Assembly: GCA_002424305.1 (NCBI GenBank) | Contig: DIQZ01000035.1 | Span: 226,335 to 290,334, forward strand | Length of the DNA stretch: 64,000 nucleotides | Direction: 5' to 3' | From: Firmicutes bacterium UBA5449 | GTDB lineage: Bacteria > Bacillota > SHA-98 > UBA4971 | Shown: positions 37,358-48,080 of the stretch, piece after piece | How positions within the stretch are numbered: the stretch's first letter is position 1 | How the letters are laid out: every line of letters begins with the position of its first letter | Notes under the pieces: generated by a model | What the model was told of the DNA's origin: nothing | Seen by the model: the letters and a program-made list of their open reading frames with translations, nothing else | The model's database searches: none | Translations under genes and position numbers: made by a program

Positions 37358-38515
37358 GTGATATCTCTTGATGATGACGCAGTAGGAGCAATTCCTCTTT
37401 CATCGGTATCCCCGCATGTAGCCTGCAGGATCTACCGACTTACTTCGAAAGAGCAGGCCCGAAGGCGTCTACTCCATATTGGGTTTACCCCTGGGGTGAA
37501 GGTCATCCCTATCCGACGAAGCCCAACAGGTGATCCTACTGCATATTTCGTAAGAGGCGCTGTAGTAGCACTTAGAAGAGAACAAGCTGACGAAGTCATG
37601 GTGAAAATAAATCCTCCATTATTTCCTGATACGGGATTATCGCCTGAATCTGAAGACAATACAAAGAGGCACCTGCCTACTGATAATAGCCCATTATTCT
37701 CTTACCTAAACGCACCAAACCATCTCAATAGGCTAATTAATCACCTGCAAACCGCTGTGATCTGTGCCCTACCGATTATCATGAGACTGGAAAGCAAGCC
37801 ACTCCCCAAATATACAGTAGCCTTAGCAGGTAACCCTAATACCGGGAAAAGTGCCTTGTTTAATGCACTTACCGGGCTGAATCAACATACAGGTAACTGG
37901 CCCGGAAAAACTGTGGTAGTGGCTGAAGGTATCTGTTTGCATCAGGGGACATCATTTCGAATCATAGATCTGCCCGGCACATATTCCTTGCTGGCCAGCT
38001 CGAAAGAGGAAGAAGTAGCAAGAGACTTCATATGCTTTGGCAAGCCTGATGTAACTGTTGTAGTAAGTGATGCTACATGCCTTGAGAGAAACCTCAACCT
38101 CGTTTTAGAAATACTCGAAGTTACCTCTAAAGTCGTGGTTGCTCTCAACCTTATGGACGAAGCACACCGAAAGAAGATATCCATTGATATCCAGGGTCTC
38201 TCATCATCTCTTGGAGTACCTGTAATGCCAACAGTAGGGAGACTTGGATTGGGGCTTGCGAAGCTCATGGACACTGTCCAAGCTGTGGCTGACGGACATA
38301 TTATGACACATCCGTCTCAGCTTACATACGATAGAAGCATAGAGGAAGCTGTAAGCCTTATTGGGCCTTGGATTGAGAGTGCAATCCGAGGAACTTCATG
38401 TCGACTTCCGGCACGCTGGATCGCGCTTCGTCTGTTAGACGGAGATCCGGGCCTCACAAGAGGGCTCCTTAATAGACTTACACAAGCCGTATCAAAAGGT
38501 GGCATGTCTGCGTGA
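37358..38515 (+). CDS. feoB: FeoA domain fused to the FeoB N-terminal GTPase (G-domain plus GDI/helical domain)
   Basis: Residues 1-85 are FeoA/SH3-like (RRRLLHIGFTPGVKV). Then GNPNTGKSALFNALTG (G1) and DLPG (G3). The GTG start has the RBS GGAAATGAGGTGAAG upstream. Confidence 0.8.
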   Translation: MISLDDDAVGAIPLSSVSPHVACRIYRLTSKEQARRRLLHIGFTPGVKVIPIRRSPTGDPTAYFVRGAVVALRREQADEVMVKINPPLFPDTGLSPESEDNTKRHLPTDNSPLFSYLNAPNHLNRLINHLQTAVICALPIIMRLESKPLPKYTVALAGNPNTGKSALFNALTGLNQHTGNWPGKTVVVAEGICLHQGTSFRIIDLPGTYSLLASSKEEEVARDFICFGKPDVTVVVSDATCLERNLNLVLEILEVTSKVVVALNLMDEAHRKKISIDIQGLSSSLGVPVMPTVGRLGLGLAKLMDTVQAVADGHIMTHPSQLTYDRSIEEAVSLIGPWIESAIRGTSCRLPARWIALRLLDGDPGLTRGLLNRLTQAVSKGGMSA

Positions 38516-39912
38516 AGACTATGAGGCCTGCCTCATTGCAGGATGTGATGAGAATTGCTAAAGAAACTCAATCATCTCATGAAACTGAGTTGACTGACCT
38601 CATTGCGAAGTCAGTCAACAAGTCTGCAGAGGAGATCTGTAAAATAAGCGTGCATAGTTATGCAGAATCCGATCAAGATCTAACCTCTAAACTGGATGAT
38701 ATCCTCACATCGCGGATATTCGGATATCCTGTAATGCTCCTACTCCTTGCTGCCGTCTTCTGGATAACTCTCGTAGGAGCAAACAAACCTTCTTCTTTTC
38801 TCTTTGGCTTTCTATTTTCCATTGAAGATTACTTTGTGAATTTCCTTGAGCACATGAAAGCCCCGGAATGGTTCATCGGAGTCACAGTGTTTGGCGGGTA
38901 CAGATCCCTTGCATGGGTAGTATCAGTCATGCTCCCGCCTATAGCCATTTTCTTCCCGTGTTTTACCTTGCTTGAAGATCTGGGATACTTGCCGAGAATC
39001 GCATTTAATCTCGATACGTTCTTCAAATCAGTAGGATGTCACGGTAAACAGGCACTCACTATGTGTATGGGATTCGGGTGTAACGCAGCAGGAGTAGTAG
39101 CATGTAGAATCATTGATTCTCCAAGGGAAAGGGTGATCGCAATTCTCACGAACACCTTTGTTCCTTGTAACGGAAGATTTCCCGCCATAATTCTACTGTC
39201 TACAATATTCCTGCAGCCAAGCATCATGTCAGCTATAGGTATCGGTACAACAACCATCTGGTTACTGCTTTCTGTGTTCCTTGGGGTGATAGTGACGTTT
39301 GGTATATCATTGTCCTTGTCAAGAACCATCTTGAGAGGCGTTCCCTCTGCATTCGCCATAGAATTACCGCCGTACAGACAACCCCATATCCTGAGAATTC
39401 TAATCCGCTCATTCCTGGACCGCACCGTATTCGTCCTTGTAAGAGCAGTTTCCGTGGCAATTCCGGCAGGAATAATCACATGGATCTTGGCAAATACATC
39501 TTTCCAAGGGATGAGCCTTCTTCTCCATCTCGCAAATGCCCTCAACCCTTTCGGAAGAGCCGTCGGTCTTGATGGCTTTATTCTATCCGCCTTCCTTTTG
39601 GGGCTCCCGGCAAATGAAATAGTCCTCCCTATCCTCATAATGGGGTATTCTTCCGGAGGGGTGATGGTAGATATTACCAGTCTCAACGCTCTCCGAGCCC
39701 TTCTTGTGTCATGCGGATGGACGTCTCGAACCGCGCTTTGCTTTATTATCTTCTCAGTCCTCCACTACCCATGCGCCACTACCTTATGGACAATTTGGCA
39801 TGAAACCCATGACATTAAATGGACGCTCCTTAGCGCAATTATACCGCTTATCATAGCTATCAGCACATGCTTCCTGGTCGCACATATCTATCCGTTTCCA
39901 GGCGTGATTTGA
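38512..39912 (+). CDS. feoB: FeoB C-terminal membrane (Gate/nucleoside-recognition) domain as a separate ORF
   Basis: 466 aa polytopic membrane protein with FeoB core-domain features. Its start overlaps the previous stop by ATGA, indicating translational coupling. Confidence 0.8.
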   Translation: MKTMRPASLQDVMRIAKETQSSHETELTDLIAKSVNKSAEEICKISVHSYAESDQDLTSKLDDILTSRIFGYPVMLLLLAAVFWITLVGANKPSSFLFGFLFSIEDYFVNFLEHMKAPEWFIGVTVFGGYRSLAWVVSVMLPPIAIFFPCFTLLEDLGYLPRIAFNLDTFFKSVGCHGKQALTMCMGFGCNAAGVVACRIIDSPRERVIAILTNTFVPCNGRFPAIILLSTIFLQPSIMSAIGIGTTTIWLLLSVFLGVIVTFGISLSLSRTILRGVPSAFAIELPPYRQPHILRILIRSFLDRTVFVLVRAVSVAIPAGIITWILANTSFQGMSLLLHLANALNPFGRAVGLDGFILSAFLLGLPANEIVLPILIMGYSSGGVMVDITSLNALRALLVSCGWTSRTALCFIIFSVLHYPCATTLWTIWHETHDIKWTLLSAIIPLIIAISTCFLVAHIYPFPGVI

Positions 39913-39942
39913 AGACATAAAGTTATGTCATCTGTCCTAGCA

Positions 39943-41517
39943 TCACGCAACCCTTCTGCGCGGTCTCCTATCAGGCCCGGTCTCCGCTGTGAAAACATTG
40001 AGGCCTTTGAGAGCAAGTCCTAATAGTCCGAGGGTTACCAGTAAACTGACAACAGTGGCAGTAGCTTGACTCGCACCTGCTTGAGCCATGAATCCATACA
40101 CAATATACCCTATCCCGCACATCACAGCCGAAACAGTCGCATAAGGCAGCTGGGTGGAAACATGGTCAATATGATTACACCCGGAACCGGTCGATGATAG
40201 AATGGTCGTGTCAGAAATGGGTGAACAGTGATCCCCGTAAACAGCTCCGGCAAGCACTGCTGCAATCATAACAATGAGTAGATCCGGCGCAAGTAAGACA
40301 GAGAAGTCGATAGCAATAGGGATCATAATCGCGAATGTGCCCCAGGAAGTACCTGTTGCAAATGCAATAATACAGGCAAGCAAGAACATTATCACAGGAT
40401 ATAGCGCGGGGTTCAGAGCCTGACCGACCCTTGTCGCAAGAAACAATCCTGTCCCGAGTTCACTTATGACTCCCCCTATGGTCCATGCAAAGCAAAGAAT
40501 AAGCATGGCAGGAACCATAGACAAGAACCCTTGCCACACTGCCTCAGGAAGTCTTGCGATTGGCACAACACCCCTGGCAATGAACATTACAAGGGCAAGA
40601 GCGAGGGCAAGAAAGCCTGCGTACATCAGGGCTGTGGCAGAATCAGTATTCTTGATAGCATCAAAAAAGCCGATATTCTCCACAAAATATCCACCGGTGT
40701 AAGCCATCATGATTATGGCGAACGCTATGAGCCCGATGACAGGAACCACAAGATCCGGAACGGTTCCCTTCTTGCTGATCTTAGGAAGCCGTACTTTCTC
40801 CTCTGAAGCCTTAGGCCCATGAACGTTTCCTGTAGCTTTCGCTTCCCCTTCGAAATGCGCCATTGGCCCGAAGTCAAGTTCTGTAACTGCAACAAATGCA
40901 ACCATTGCAAGGGTAGCCCATGCATAGAGGTTCATAGGTAAAGTCCTGATAAACGCAGTAAAAGGCTCCAGAGTAATACCTACATCTTTGAACTTATCGC
41001 CCATAGTAGACATGATCGTTACAACCCAACTGGATACAGGCGCGAGCACACAAACAGGAGCAGCAGTTGAGTCAATGATGTAAGCAAGTTTTGCACGAGA
41101 CACACGGAACCTGTCTGTTACAGGGGTCATGACTGTACCTACTGTAAGACAGTTAAAATAGTCATCAATAAATATGATTATCCCCAGCAATAAACTGGCC
41201 AGCTGCGCTCCTGCCCTTGACTTTATGCGCTTAGTTGCCCACTCGCCGTAAGCGGCCGCTCCACCGGCAATAACCATAAGGTATGTGAGTATCCCAAGTG
41301 TCACAAGGAAGATTAGAATTGCCAAGTTCCAAGGGTCTGTAACATTCTCCCACATAGTCAAAGCTGAAAGACTAACTGCACCAAGAGGACTGAACCCTGT
41401 AAGAATGAATGCTCCGGAAAGTATCCCGATAAGGAGTGAAACAATTACTTGCTTAGTGATAAGAGCGAGGGCAATCGCAACAAGAGGCGGAATTATCGTT
41501 AACCATCCATACTCCAC
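39943..41517 (-). CDS. nhaC: Na+/H+ antiporter NhaC family
   Basis: 524 aa with about 12 TM helices and an NhaC-like N-terminus (IIPPLVAIALALITK). Confidence 0.8.
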   Translation of the reverse strand: MEYGWLTIIPPLVAIALALITKQVIVSLLIGILSGAFILTGFSPLGAVSLSALTMWENVTDPWNLAILIFLVTLGILTYLMVIAGGAAAYGEWATKRIKSRAGAQLASLLLGIIIFIDDYFNCLTVGTVMTPVTDRFRVSRAKLAYIIDSTAAPVCVLAPVSSWVVTIMSTMGDKFKDVGITLEPFTAFIRTLPMNLYAWATLAMVAFVAVTELDFGPMAHFEGEAKATGNVHGPKASEEKVRLPKISKKGTVPDLVVPVIGLIAFAIIMMAYTGGYFVENIGFFDAIKNTDSATALMYAGFLALALALVMFIARGVVPIARLPEAVWQGFLSMVPAMLILCFAWTIGGVISELGTGLFLATRVGQALNPALYPVIMFLLACIIAFATGTSWGTFAIMIPIAIDFSVLLAPDLLIVMIAAVLAGAVYGDHCSPISDTTILSSTGSGCNHIDHVSTQLPYATVSAVMCGIGYIVYGFMAQAGASQATATVVSLLVTLGLLGLALKGLNVFTAETGPDRRPRRRVA

Positions 41518-41760
41518 TTCTCATAACCTCACCTTCAAAAGGAGATTGCACCACCTGATTTACTTAACCTAACCTACTCTATGCTCGTCATACTAACCAG
41601 ATGTGATCTTCCTATTCCGCACTCCGGCTTTGCATCTGTCACCTCCATTCTTTACCGGGTTCCTTTGTTGTGCAACGTACTGAACATTGAGGCAATTCTA
41701 ACATTCTCCATTAGTGACTCTGATCCTTCTTATTAGAAGACTAATCATCAAAAGCATCTA

Positions 41761-42321
41761 CTAATCGTTATCTATTCTGTATTGCTCAACCCCTTGCTCG
41801 TAAAGGTCATTACCACAAATATCATTGACTACAACTGCAGGGAAGTCTTCTACGGTAAGCTTTCTAATAGCCTCAGGACCCAAATCTTCGTACGCGACAA
41901 TCTCGGCATCCTTTACACATTTGGCAAGTAATGCCCCTGCTCCTCCAATAGCCGCAAAATACACCGCATTATGCGTTACCATAGCATCTTTCACGCTCTG
42001 GGATCTTGATCCTTTGCCGATCATGCCTTTGAGCCCATGCTCCATGAGGATAGGTGCATAAGGATCCATACGATAACTAGTGGTAGGACCTGCAGAACCT
42101 ATGGCCTGCCCCGGTTTTGCCGGAGCCGGACCGACATAGTATATAATTTGACCCTGTATTTCCATGGGAAGCTCCTTGCCCTCCTCGATAAGGGCTACAA
42201 GGCGCTTATGGGCGGCATCTCTCGCTGTATATAATACCCCTGATATCTTTACGTTGTCGCCTGCCTTAAGGGTAGACATGACCTCTTCTGTCAGAGGCGT
42301 GGATATCTTAATAATTGCCAT
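41761..42321 (-). CDS. fumB: Class I fumarate hydratase (Fe-S hydro-lyase), beta subunit
   Basis: 186 aa. Conserved TtdB/FumB-type C-terminal domain. Confidence 0.85.
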   Translation of the reverse strand: MAIIKISTPLTEEVMSTLKAGDNVKISGVLYTARDAAHKRLVALIEEGKELPMEIQGQIIYYVGPAPAKPGQAIGSAGPTTSYRMDPYAPILMEHGLKGMIGKGSRSQSVKDAMVTHNAVYFAAIGGAGALLAKCVKDAEIVAYEDLGPEAIRKLTVEDFPAVVVNDICGNDLYEQGVEQYRIDND

Positions 42322-42351
42322 TACCGGTTCACCTCCGCATAATCACTTTGG

Positions 42352-43212
42352 CTACAGCACGATAGTATCATGGGGTCCTGCATGACAATTCAAGTTGCAG
42401 GCCACGGGTAAGCTGGCAATATGACACGGAGCAAACTCCACATTCACAGCAAGGGCAGTTGTCCGTCCACCAAACCCTTGTGGCCCGATTCCCAGTTTGT
42501 TGATTTCTTCAAGGAGTTCTTTCTCGAGCTCGGCATATTCTGGATGTGGGTTGCTGGATCCAACCTCACGAAGGACTGCTTTTTTGGCAAGAAGAGCAAC
42601 TCTGTCGAAGGTCCCACCTATCCCAACCCCGACAATTATGGGTGGACAAGGGTTCGGCCCTGCCTTCCTCACCTGGTCAATAACAAACTCCTTTACACCT
42701 TCTACACCGGCTGCAGGCGCAAACATACGAAGGCCGCTCATATTCTCTGCACCGCCGCCTTTAGCTGCAAACATTATCTTAATCCTAGAACCGGGAACTA
42801 TGTCGACGTAGATTACAGCAGGGGTATTGTCTCCCGTATTGACTCTTTCGAAAAGAGGATCGGAGACTACAGACTTTCGAAGGTAGCCTTCAATATAGCC
42901 CTGCCTTACACCTTCATTAATTGCTTCATAGAGATCTCCACCTGTAAGTCTTACGTCTTGGCCAAGCTCGATGAAAAGCATGGCAACCCCGGTATCCTGA
43001 CATGCAGGCACATTCTCCTCACTGGCAATCCTATGATTCTCCAGGATCTGCTTGATGACTTCCTTGCCTACTGAAGATTCTTCTGTAAGACATGCTCGTT
43101 CTAAGGCATCGATAGCTCCCTTAGGTACATTTGAGGTAGTTTTCACAGCAAGGTTCTTGACAGCTTGTCTTATCTCGCTTACGTCTACTATTCTCACATT
43201 ACACCCGTCCAT
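42352..43212 (-). CDS. fumA: Class I fumarate hydratase (Fe-S hydro-lyase), alpha subunit
   Basis: 286 aa. Cysteines for the 4Fe-4S cluster are present, and it pairs with the beta subunit. Confidence 0.85.
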   Translation of the reverse strand: MDGCNVRIVDVSEIRQAVKNLAVKTTSNVPKGAIDALERACLTEESSVGKEVIKQILENHRIASEENVPACQDTGVAMLFIELGQDVRLTGGDLYEAINEGVRQGYIEGYLRKSVVSDPLFERVNTGDNTPAVIYVDIVPGSRIKIMFAAKGGGAENMSGLRMFAPAAGVEGVKEFVIDQVRKAGPNPCPPIIVGVGIGGTFDRVALLAKKAVLREVGSSNPHPEYAELEKELLEEINKLGIGPQGFGGRTTALAVNVEFAPCHIASLPVACNLNCHAGPHDTIVL

Positions 43213-43394
43213 AGCTTCAATCTAGCCTCCTTCACGCTTACTCAGGTATTCACGTATTGCCGGTAATCGAGCACCCATCCATTTCTACGTAACGGCCCCC
43301 CTTCACGACTCCTGAGAAGTCGCCGCTAATTGGATCAACACTCCCTGAATATCTATCTACTACAAGCCCCCTGGAAATTCCTTCAATCGTCTCG

Positions 43395-44762
43395 CTAAGA
43401 GGAAATCTCTCTCAAAACATTTTCCAGCGCTTCTATACCGTCCTTTTTCACCAGGTAGACAAAGTATCTGTCTGTTACAGTTGCATAAAACCCTTCTTCG
43501 ATTTCCTTACCGATCTTGAGTTCAAATGTGTTCCCGTCTCCCAAGTCGAATTGCACCGAAACATCGGGATTATCTAATCCAAATGCAGCAAGATCAATTT
43601 CAGGCCGTAAAATCTCACCGACACCGGTGACTTGGATATCCTGAAGCGTAGTCCGGAGCATCTCCAGTTTCTCTCCTTCCCACACTGCGTCAGCCCTGCC
43701 GGAAACAGATACTTTAGGATTAATCTTCCACCCTTTACCATCTCTGATAAGTGAGAAGGTTTTGTTGTCAAGTATCCAGGTAACTGCGATCACTTCATCA
43801 TGATTCCATACCGCCAATTGGCTGTCTACCAAATCCGGAGGGGTAAGTTCCAGCGGCAGGAAAGTCGACGGCTTAACCAAATAGACGGCAGGTGACTCTC
43901 CGGCTTTCACGTAGAAGCCTTCTTCATCAGGGCCGGGATCTCCTACGAATACCTGTACCGGCTCCCCTGTCTCAGCCACTATCAGGTCTATTCTCAATCT
44001 AGGAGAATCAAGCCCCCAACGAGATAATTCAAGTCCTTCATCGTCAACAGAGTCTTCTGCTACGAGACCGGTGATATCCCATATGAGTTCCGTGATTTTC
44101 CATCTATCCGCTCTATCGGGAATAGGACGTATGAGATTCCAATCACCGTCTCGCTTCTCACACATGACATCTGTTACATCTTCACCCATCCGTCCGACAA
44201 TTCTAATGCCTTCAACAGATTCACTTGAAACCTTAATTATCTTCCTCTCTCTGAGGTCATCGGCGGTTTTCATGAGATCATTGGCCAAAGTCGTAGGAAT
44301 AGTGCATACCTTACTGTCATCTGCAGGTTTCACGTAATATCCTGATCCAACAGGTGTAGCAGAACCTATCAGTAATACCTTCTTGTTCCCTTTCGCCCCT
44401 TTGACTTCTACCCGAGTAATTGGAGAACCAAGCCCATAAAGCCCAAGATCAGAAGGTTCAGCTTCAATTTCTTTGTCAAATTCCGCTTGAGCAATTGCGT
44501 CCACAAGAGACTCTACTGCTTCCTGACTTGTCACATAGGGCTTGGGAGCAACAATAGCCCATCTACCACTGTCGTCTTTCTTCACACTTACCTTTGCTCC
44601 GTCATGTTCAATGGAAATCTCTTGCACAGTGTCTTGACGGACACCGAACACAGTGCCTTCACTGCTGTCAGTTGTCGGCTTTCCACGTTCCGTGAACATG
44701 ATGTAAGCCGCAAGAATTAACACTATTGCAAGGGCAACGAAAGTGCCCCGGAATTTCTTCAC
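43395..44762 (-). CDS. DUF4340-like membrane-anchored protein, accessory to the GldG-like ABC system
   Basis: N-terminal TM followed by a large extracytoplasmic domain. It is the last gene of an operon with the gldG-like, ABC-2 permease and ATPase genes. Confidence 0.55.
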   Translation of the reverse strand: MKKFRGTFVALAIVLILAAYIMFTERGKPTTDSSEGTVFGVRQDTVQEISIEHDGAKVSVKKDDSGRWAIVAPKPYVTSQEAVESLVDAIAQAEFDKEIEAEPSDLGLYGLGSPITRVEVKGAKGNKKVLLIGSATPVGSGYYVKPADDSKVCTIPTTLANDLMKTADDLRERKIIKVSSESVEGIRIVGRMGEDVTDVMCEKRDGDWNLIRPIPDRADRWKITELIWDITGLVAEDSVDDEGLELSRWGLDSPRLRIDLIVAETGEPVQVFVGDPGPDEEGFYVKAGESPAVYLVKPSTFLPLELTPPDLVDSQLAVWNHDEVIAVTWILDNKTFSLIRDGKGWKINPKVSVSGRADAVWEGEKLEMLRTTLQDIQVTGVGEILRPEIDLAAFGLDNPDVSVQFDLGDGNTFELKIGKEIEEGFYATVTDRYFVYLVKKDGIEALENVLREISS

Positions 44763-46207
44763 AGGTTACGCCTCCTTACCCACACGCCGACGCCAAGAAG
44801 CGCAAAAGCGGCCGGTATCACCATAACCGTGGAGTAAAATACGGACTTCGCTTGCCTGTCTGAGAGGTAAACCTGTTCATAACTAGGGGTCTTGGGTCTT
44901 ATGGATATTGAATCTTTCTTGCCTGTCATCCATCCTACAGAATTCATGAAGAAATCTATGTTGCCTTGGAAAGTCACTATGTCATTATCGAGGAAACTCG
45001 CGTTGCCAACCACAAGAAGCCTTGCTTGACTTGAACCCAATTCATGCTTAACAACATACGCTAACGTCAAAGGACCGGGCATGTCAATCTTTGGATCGAA
45101 CGTGGCCTCACTTGCGAAATCCGTCTCGCCCCATGCCTCATCAGTTGTTTCAAGAAGAGGCTCCACACTAATACTCGAGCTCTCCCAGTCCTTCTCCCCG
45201 TCATCTATACGGTATAAGCTTCTGCTCCTTGGTAGAAACGTTGAGAGATCTTTTGTAACAAGTCTCTCAGTTATCAGATGAGACCTTGTCTTCGGTATCA
45301 CACCTGCCATATCTAAGAAATAATGGCTACCGGGGTCTATTACCAGATCGTCGTTAACACCTATGCCCTGGTTTCTCAGCATCTCTTTGAGATTGGGTAG
45401 ATCATCTGCCTGTCCCAGGGGATCCAGGAGAGCCGCTACGTTGCCTCCCTCATCCAGATAGGCCTCAATTGCATATATCTCTTCTTTCGTAAAGTCCTTA
45501 CGTGGCCCTGCTATTACAAGGATCGCCGCTTCCTCAGGAACGCGTCCTGTTGTTGCCAGGTTAACAGCGCGGGTTACATACCCCTCGCCATCCAGGAATG
45601 ATTTGACCTGCCAGTAATTCTCAGCAAGATCTCGCTCTCCATGGCCTGTAACAAAATAGACATGCTGTTCGTCTTCAGTGAAAAGACCGACTAGCGCCCT
45701 GGTAAACGCCTGCTCCCCGGTGAAATTCGCCATATCACCGGTTGTTTCGTAATCGAGAAGTTCATACTCCATTACCTTGCGAGATTTCAAACTTGTTTCA
45801 ACCACAGAAGTCCCGTAAGCACTAATATCATACTGCTTTGCAAGGGACGGCATTTTGTCAGGGTCAACAAACTCAACTGATATTCTTGGAGAAATACGTG
45901 TATACTCCCTTAAGAGATCGCGAACCACATCCCCGATAGAGTCTCCGTCTGAAAAGAATGCCGTAATTTTCACCGGTTGATCCAAGCCACGAAGGAACTC
46001 GCAAGTTGCATCTGATAAGGTGTAAAATCTGTTCTCAGTGAGGTCGAACTTCACTGAATGGCGTCCTACAAGGAAGTTCACCATTAACACAATTGCAACT
46101 ACTGCAATTGTCAATACAATTGCATTGGATCCGTACCGCATCTTACGGCTTGTAAAAACTGTACGGAGCTTACATGTCTTGCTCGTCTGGCACTTCATCC
46201 GCTCCAC
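44759..46207 (-). CDS. GldG-like ABC transport auxiliary component (TM at both N- and C-termini)
   Basis: 482 aa. TM helices near both termini flank a large periplasmic domain. It follows an ABC-2 permease and an ATPase. Confidence 0.65.
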   Translation of the reverse strand: MERMKCQTSKTCKLRTVFTSRKMRYGSNAIVLTIAVVAIVLMVNFLVGRHSVKFDLTENRFYTLSDATCEFLRGLDQPVKITAFFSDGDSIGDVVRDLLREYTRISPRISVEFVDPDKMPSLAKQYDISAYGTSVVETSLKSRKVMEYELLDYETTGDMANFTGEQAFTRALVGLFTEDEQHVYFVTGHGERDLAENYWQVKSFLDGEGYVTRAVNLATTGRVPEEAAILVIAGPRKDFTKEEIYAIEAYLDEGGNVAALLDPLGQADDLPNLKEMLRNQGIGVNDDLVIDPGSHYFLDMAGVIPKTRSHLITERLVTKDLSTFLPRSRSLYRIDDGEKDWESSSISVEPLLETTDEAWGETDFASEATFDPKIDMPGPLTLAYVVKHELGSSQARLLVVGNASFLDNDIVTFQGNIDFFMNSVGWMTGKKDSISIRPKTPSYEQVYLSDRQAKSVFYSTVMVIPAAFALLGVGVWVRRRNL

Positions 46208-46917
46208 CTCCTTGAGTCCACGACTCGAACAGCAAGGAAGAGGAAGATAAAGATAAAACTAATGTAATAGAACACACTGGACAAGTCTATAATCCCCTTT
46301 TGAAAATCGTCAAAACGTTTGAGAAGGGAAAGATTGGTTAATGTATCTCCGAGAGCTCCTGTAACAATATCGGTTGACCATCCAAGGACCCAGAAAATGA
46401 GAAGAAGTCCGAATCCAATAATGCCTGCAACCATTTGATTATCTGTAAGCGATGAAGTGAATGTCCCTACAGCAAGGCACCCCGCCCCGAAAAGCAACAT
46501 TCCCAAGTAACCCGAGTAGATAGGTCCCATATCCGGACTTCCATACTTAGTCAGAATGGCAGGGTAAACCAGAGTTATGGCAAGATAAACCAGATATGTG
46601 AAGACAGCAGCAAGGTACTTCCCCACTACTATAGAGGTTATGCTGACAGGCGCTGTCATGAGAAGCTCGTCAGTGCCGAGTTTTCGCTCTTCCGCAAGCA
46701 AACGCATGGTGAGAATAGGTGCGATGAAGAGAAAAACCACTGCCATATTCCCCAATACACCCTGCAGACTTGCACTGTTAGTCGCCAAAAGAATAATAGA
46801 GAAAAAATAGCCTGAGATCAGAAGGAATACTGCCCCCATCACATATGCCATGGGAGATGTGAAATATGAAGCAACCTCCCGTTTGAAAATAGACCACATT
46901 TTACGCACCGGGCGCAA
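46195..46917 (-). CDS. ABC-2 family permease (GldF-like)
   Basis: 240 aa with 6 predicted TM helices. Overlapping starts and stops with its neighbours. Confidence 0.7.
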   Translation of the reverse strand: MRPVRKMWSIFKREVASYFTSPMAYVMGAVFLLISGYFFSIILLATNSASLQGVLGNMAVVFLFIAPILTMRLLAEERKLGTDELLMTAPVSITSIVVGKYLAAVFTYLVYLAITLVYPAILTKYGSPDMGPIYSGYLGMLLFGAGCLAVGTFTSSLTDNQMVAGIIGFGLLLIFWVLGWSTDIVTGALGDTLTNLSLLKRFDDFQKGIIDLSSVFYYISFIFIFLFLAVRVVDSRRWSG

Positions 46918-47881
46918 CCTCCGTTTCGTCTCCCAGTCTCTCTTCAGTAGTAAGTTTCAGGAATACATCCTCCAGGCTCATGTCTATTGTCTTCATCTCC
47001 ACAATCGGCCACTTGTGAGATGCCATAGCGGCAAACAAACTCTCCCTCACATCTATCGAGACGTCAGTCTCAACGGAAAGGAGAACCTCCCGTTCTTGGG
47101 TTTCAGGAGCCGGTGTTTCAACAGAAACAGATCTAACACCGGGAAGCTCCCGAACCACACTTGCGACGCGATCAGCCGGTCCGCGAACTTGTACCGCTAT
47201 GCGGCCTGAACCACGGAGTCTCCGGGAAAGGCCTGAAGGAGTATCTGAAGCTACCAGCCGGCCATTATTGATGATTAGCACCCGACTACAGATCATACTA
47301 ACCTCAGGTAAAATATGAGAGCTAAGCACAATAGTATGTTTTTCTCCCAGACTTTGAATGAGCCTGCGGATTTCAATGATCTGTCTTGGGTCAAGACCTA
47401 TGGTGGGTTCATCAAGTATCAAGATCTCGGGCGCGCCCAAGAGCGCTTGCGCCAACCCCACCCTTTGCCTGTATCCTCGAGAGAGATTGGAAATGATACG
47501 ATTACATACTGTGTCGATACCTGCAGATTCCACTGCTAAGTCAATAGCGGCCTTCCTCTTGGATCTGGGAATGCCTTTCAGTTCACTTACAAACTGCAGG
47601 TAGCTTCTGACTGTCATTTCTTTGTATAGCGGAGGGTTCTCGGGTAAGTACCCTATTTTGCCTCTCGTTTCCATCGCATCCTCAAACACATCGAACCCAT
47701 CCACTTTAACCGTACCTGAGGTAGCTGCAAGGTACCCTGTAATAATGCGCATAGTAGTAGTTTTCCCTGCACCGTTCGGCCCTAGAAACCCAAGGATTTC
47801 GCCTTTATCTACGGTGAAAGTGAGATCCTCAATTCCTCTTGCCTTGCCATATCTCTTAGTAAGGTTTCTTACATCGATCAC
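46901..47881 (-). CDS. ABC transporter ATP-binding protein (GldA/NatA-like)
   Basis: GPNGAGKTT, LSRGYRQR and ILILDEPT motifs. Confidence 0.85.
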   Translation of the reverse strand: MIDVRNLTKRYGKARGIEDLTFTVDKGEILGFLGPNGAGKTTTMRIITGYLAATSGTVKVDGFDVFEDAMETRGKIGYLPENPPLYKEMTVRSYLQFVSELKGIPRSKRKAAIDLAVESAGIDTVCNRIISNLSRGYRQRVGLAQALLGAPEILILDEPTIGLDPRQIIEIRRLIQSLGEKHTIVLSSHILPEVSMICSRVLIINNGRLVASDTPSGLSRRLRGSGRIAVQVRGPADRVASVVRELPGVRSVSVETPAPETQEREVLLSVETDVSIDVRESLFAAMASHKWPIVEMKTIDMSLEDVFLKLTTEERLGDETEVAPGA

Positions 47882-48080
47882 GGCATGCGATTCCTCCTTC
47901 CCACATTCATCTTGAACACATAATATTAGACTCCCAGTAGAGCCACTAGTTAAGTTAAACGCCTAAACTCTCTGGGAGTTTCATGCAAAGCCTAAGTCAT
48001 TGGGGGCAGTACATCCGACCTTATTGATTTTCGGCACAAGCTTTGAAAGTCCTTCATCTTTCAATTACGTGCTTTACTCT

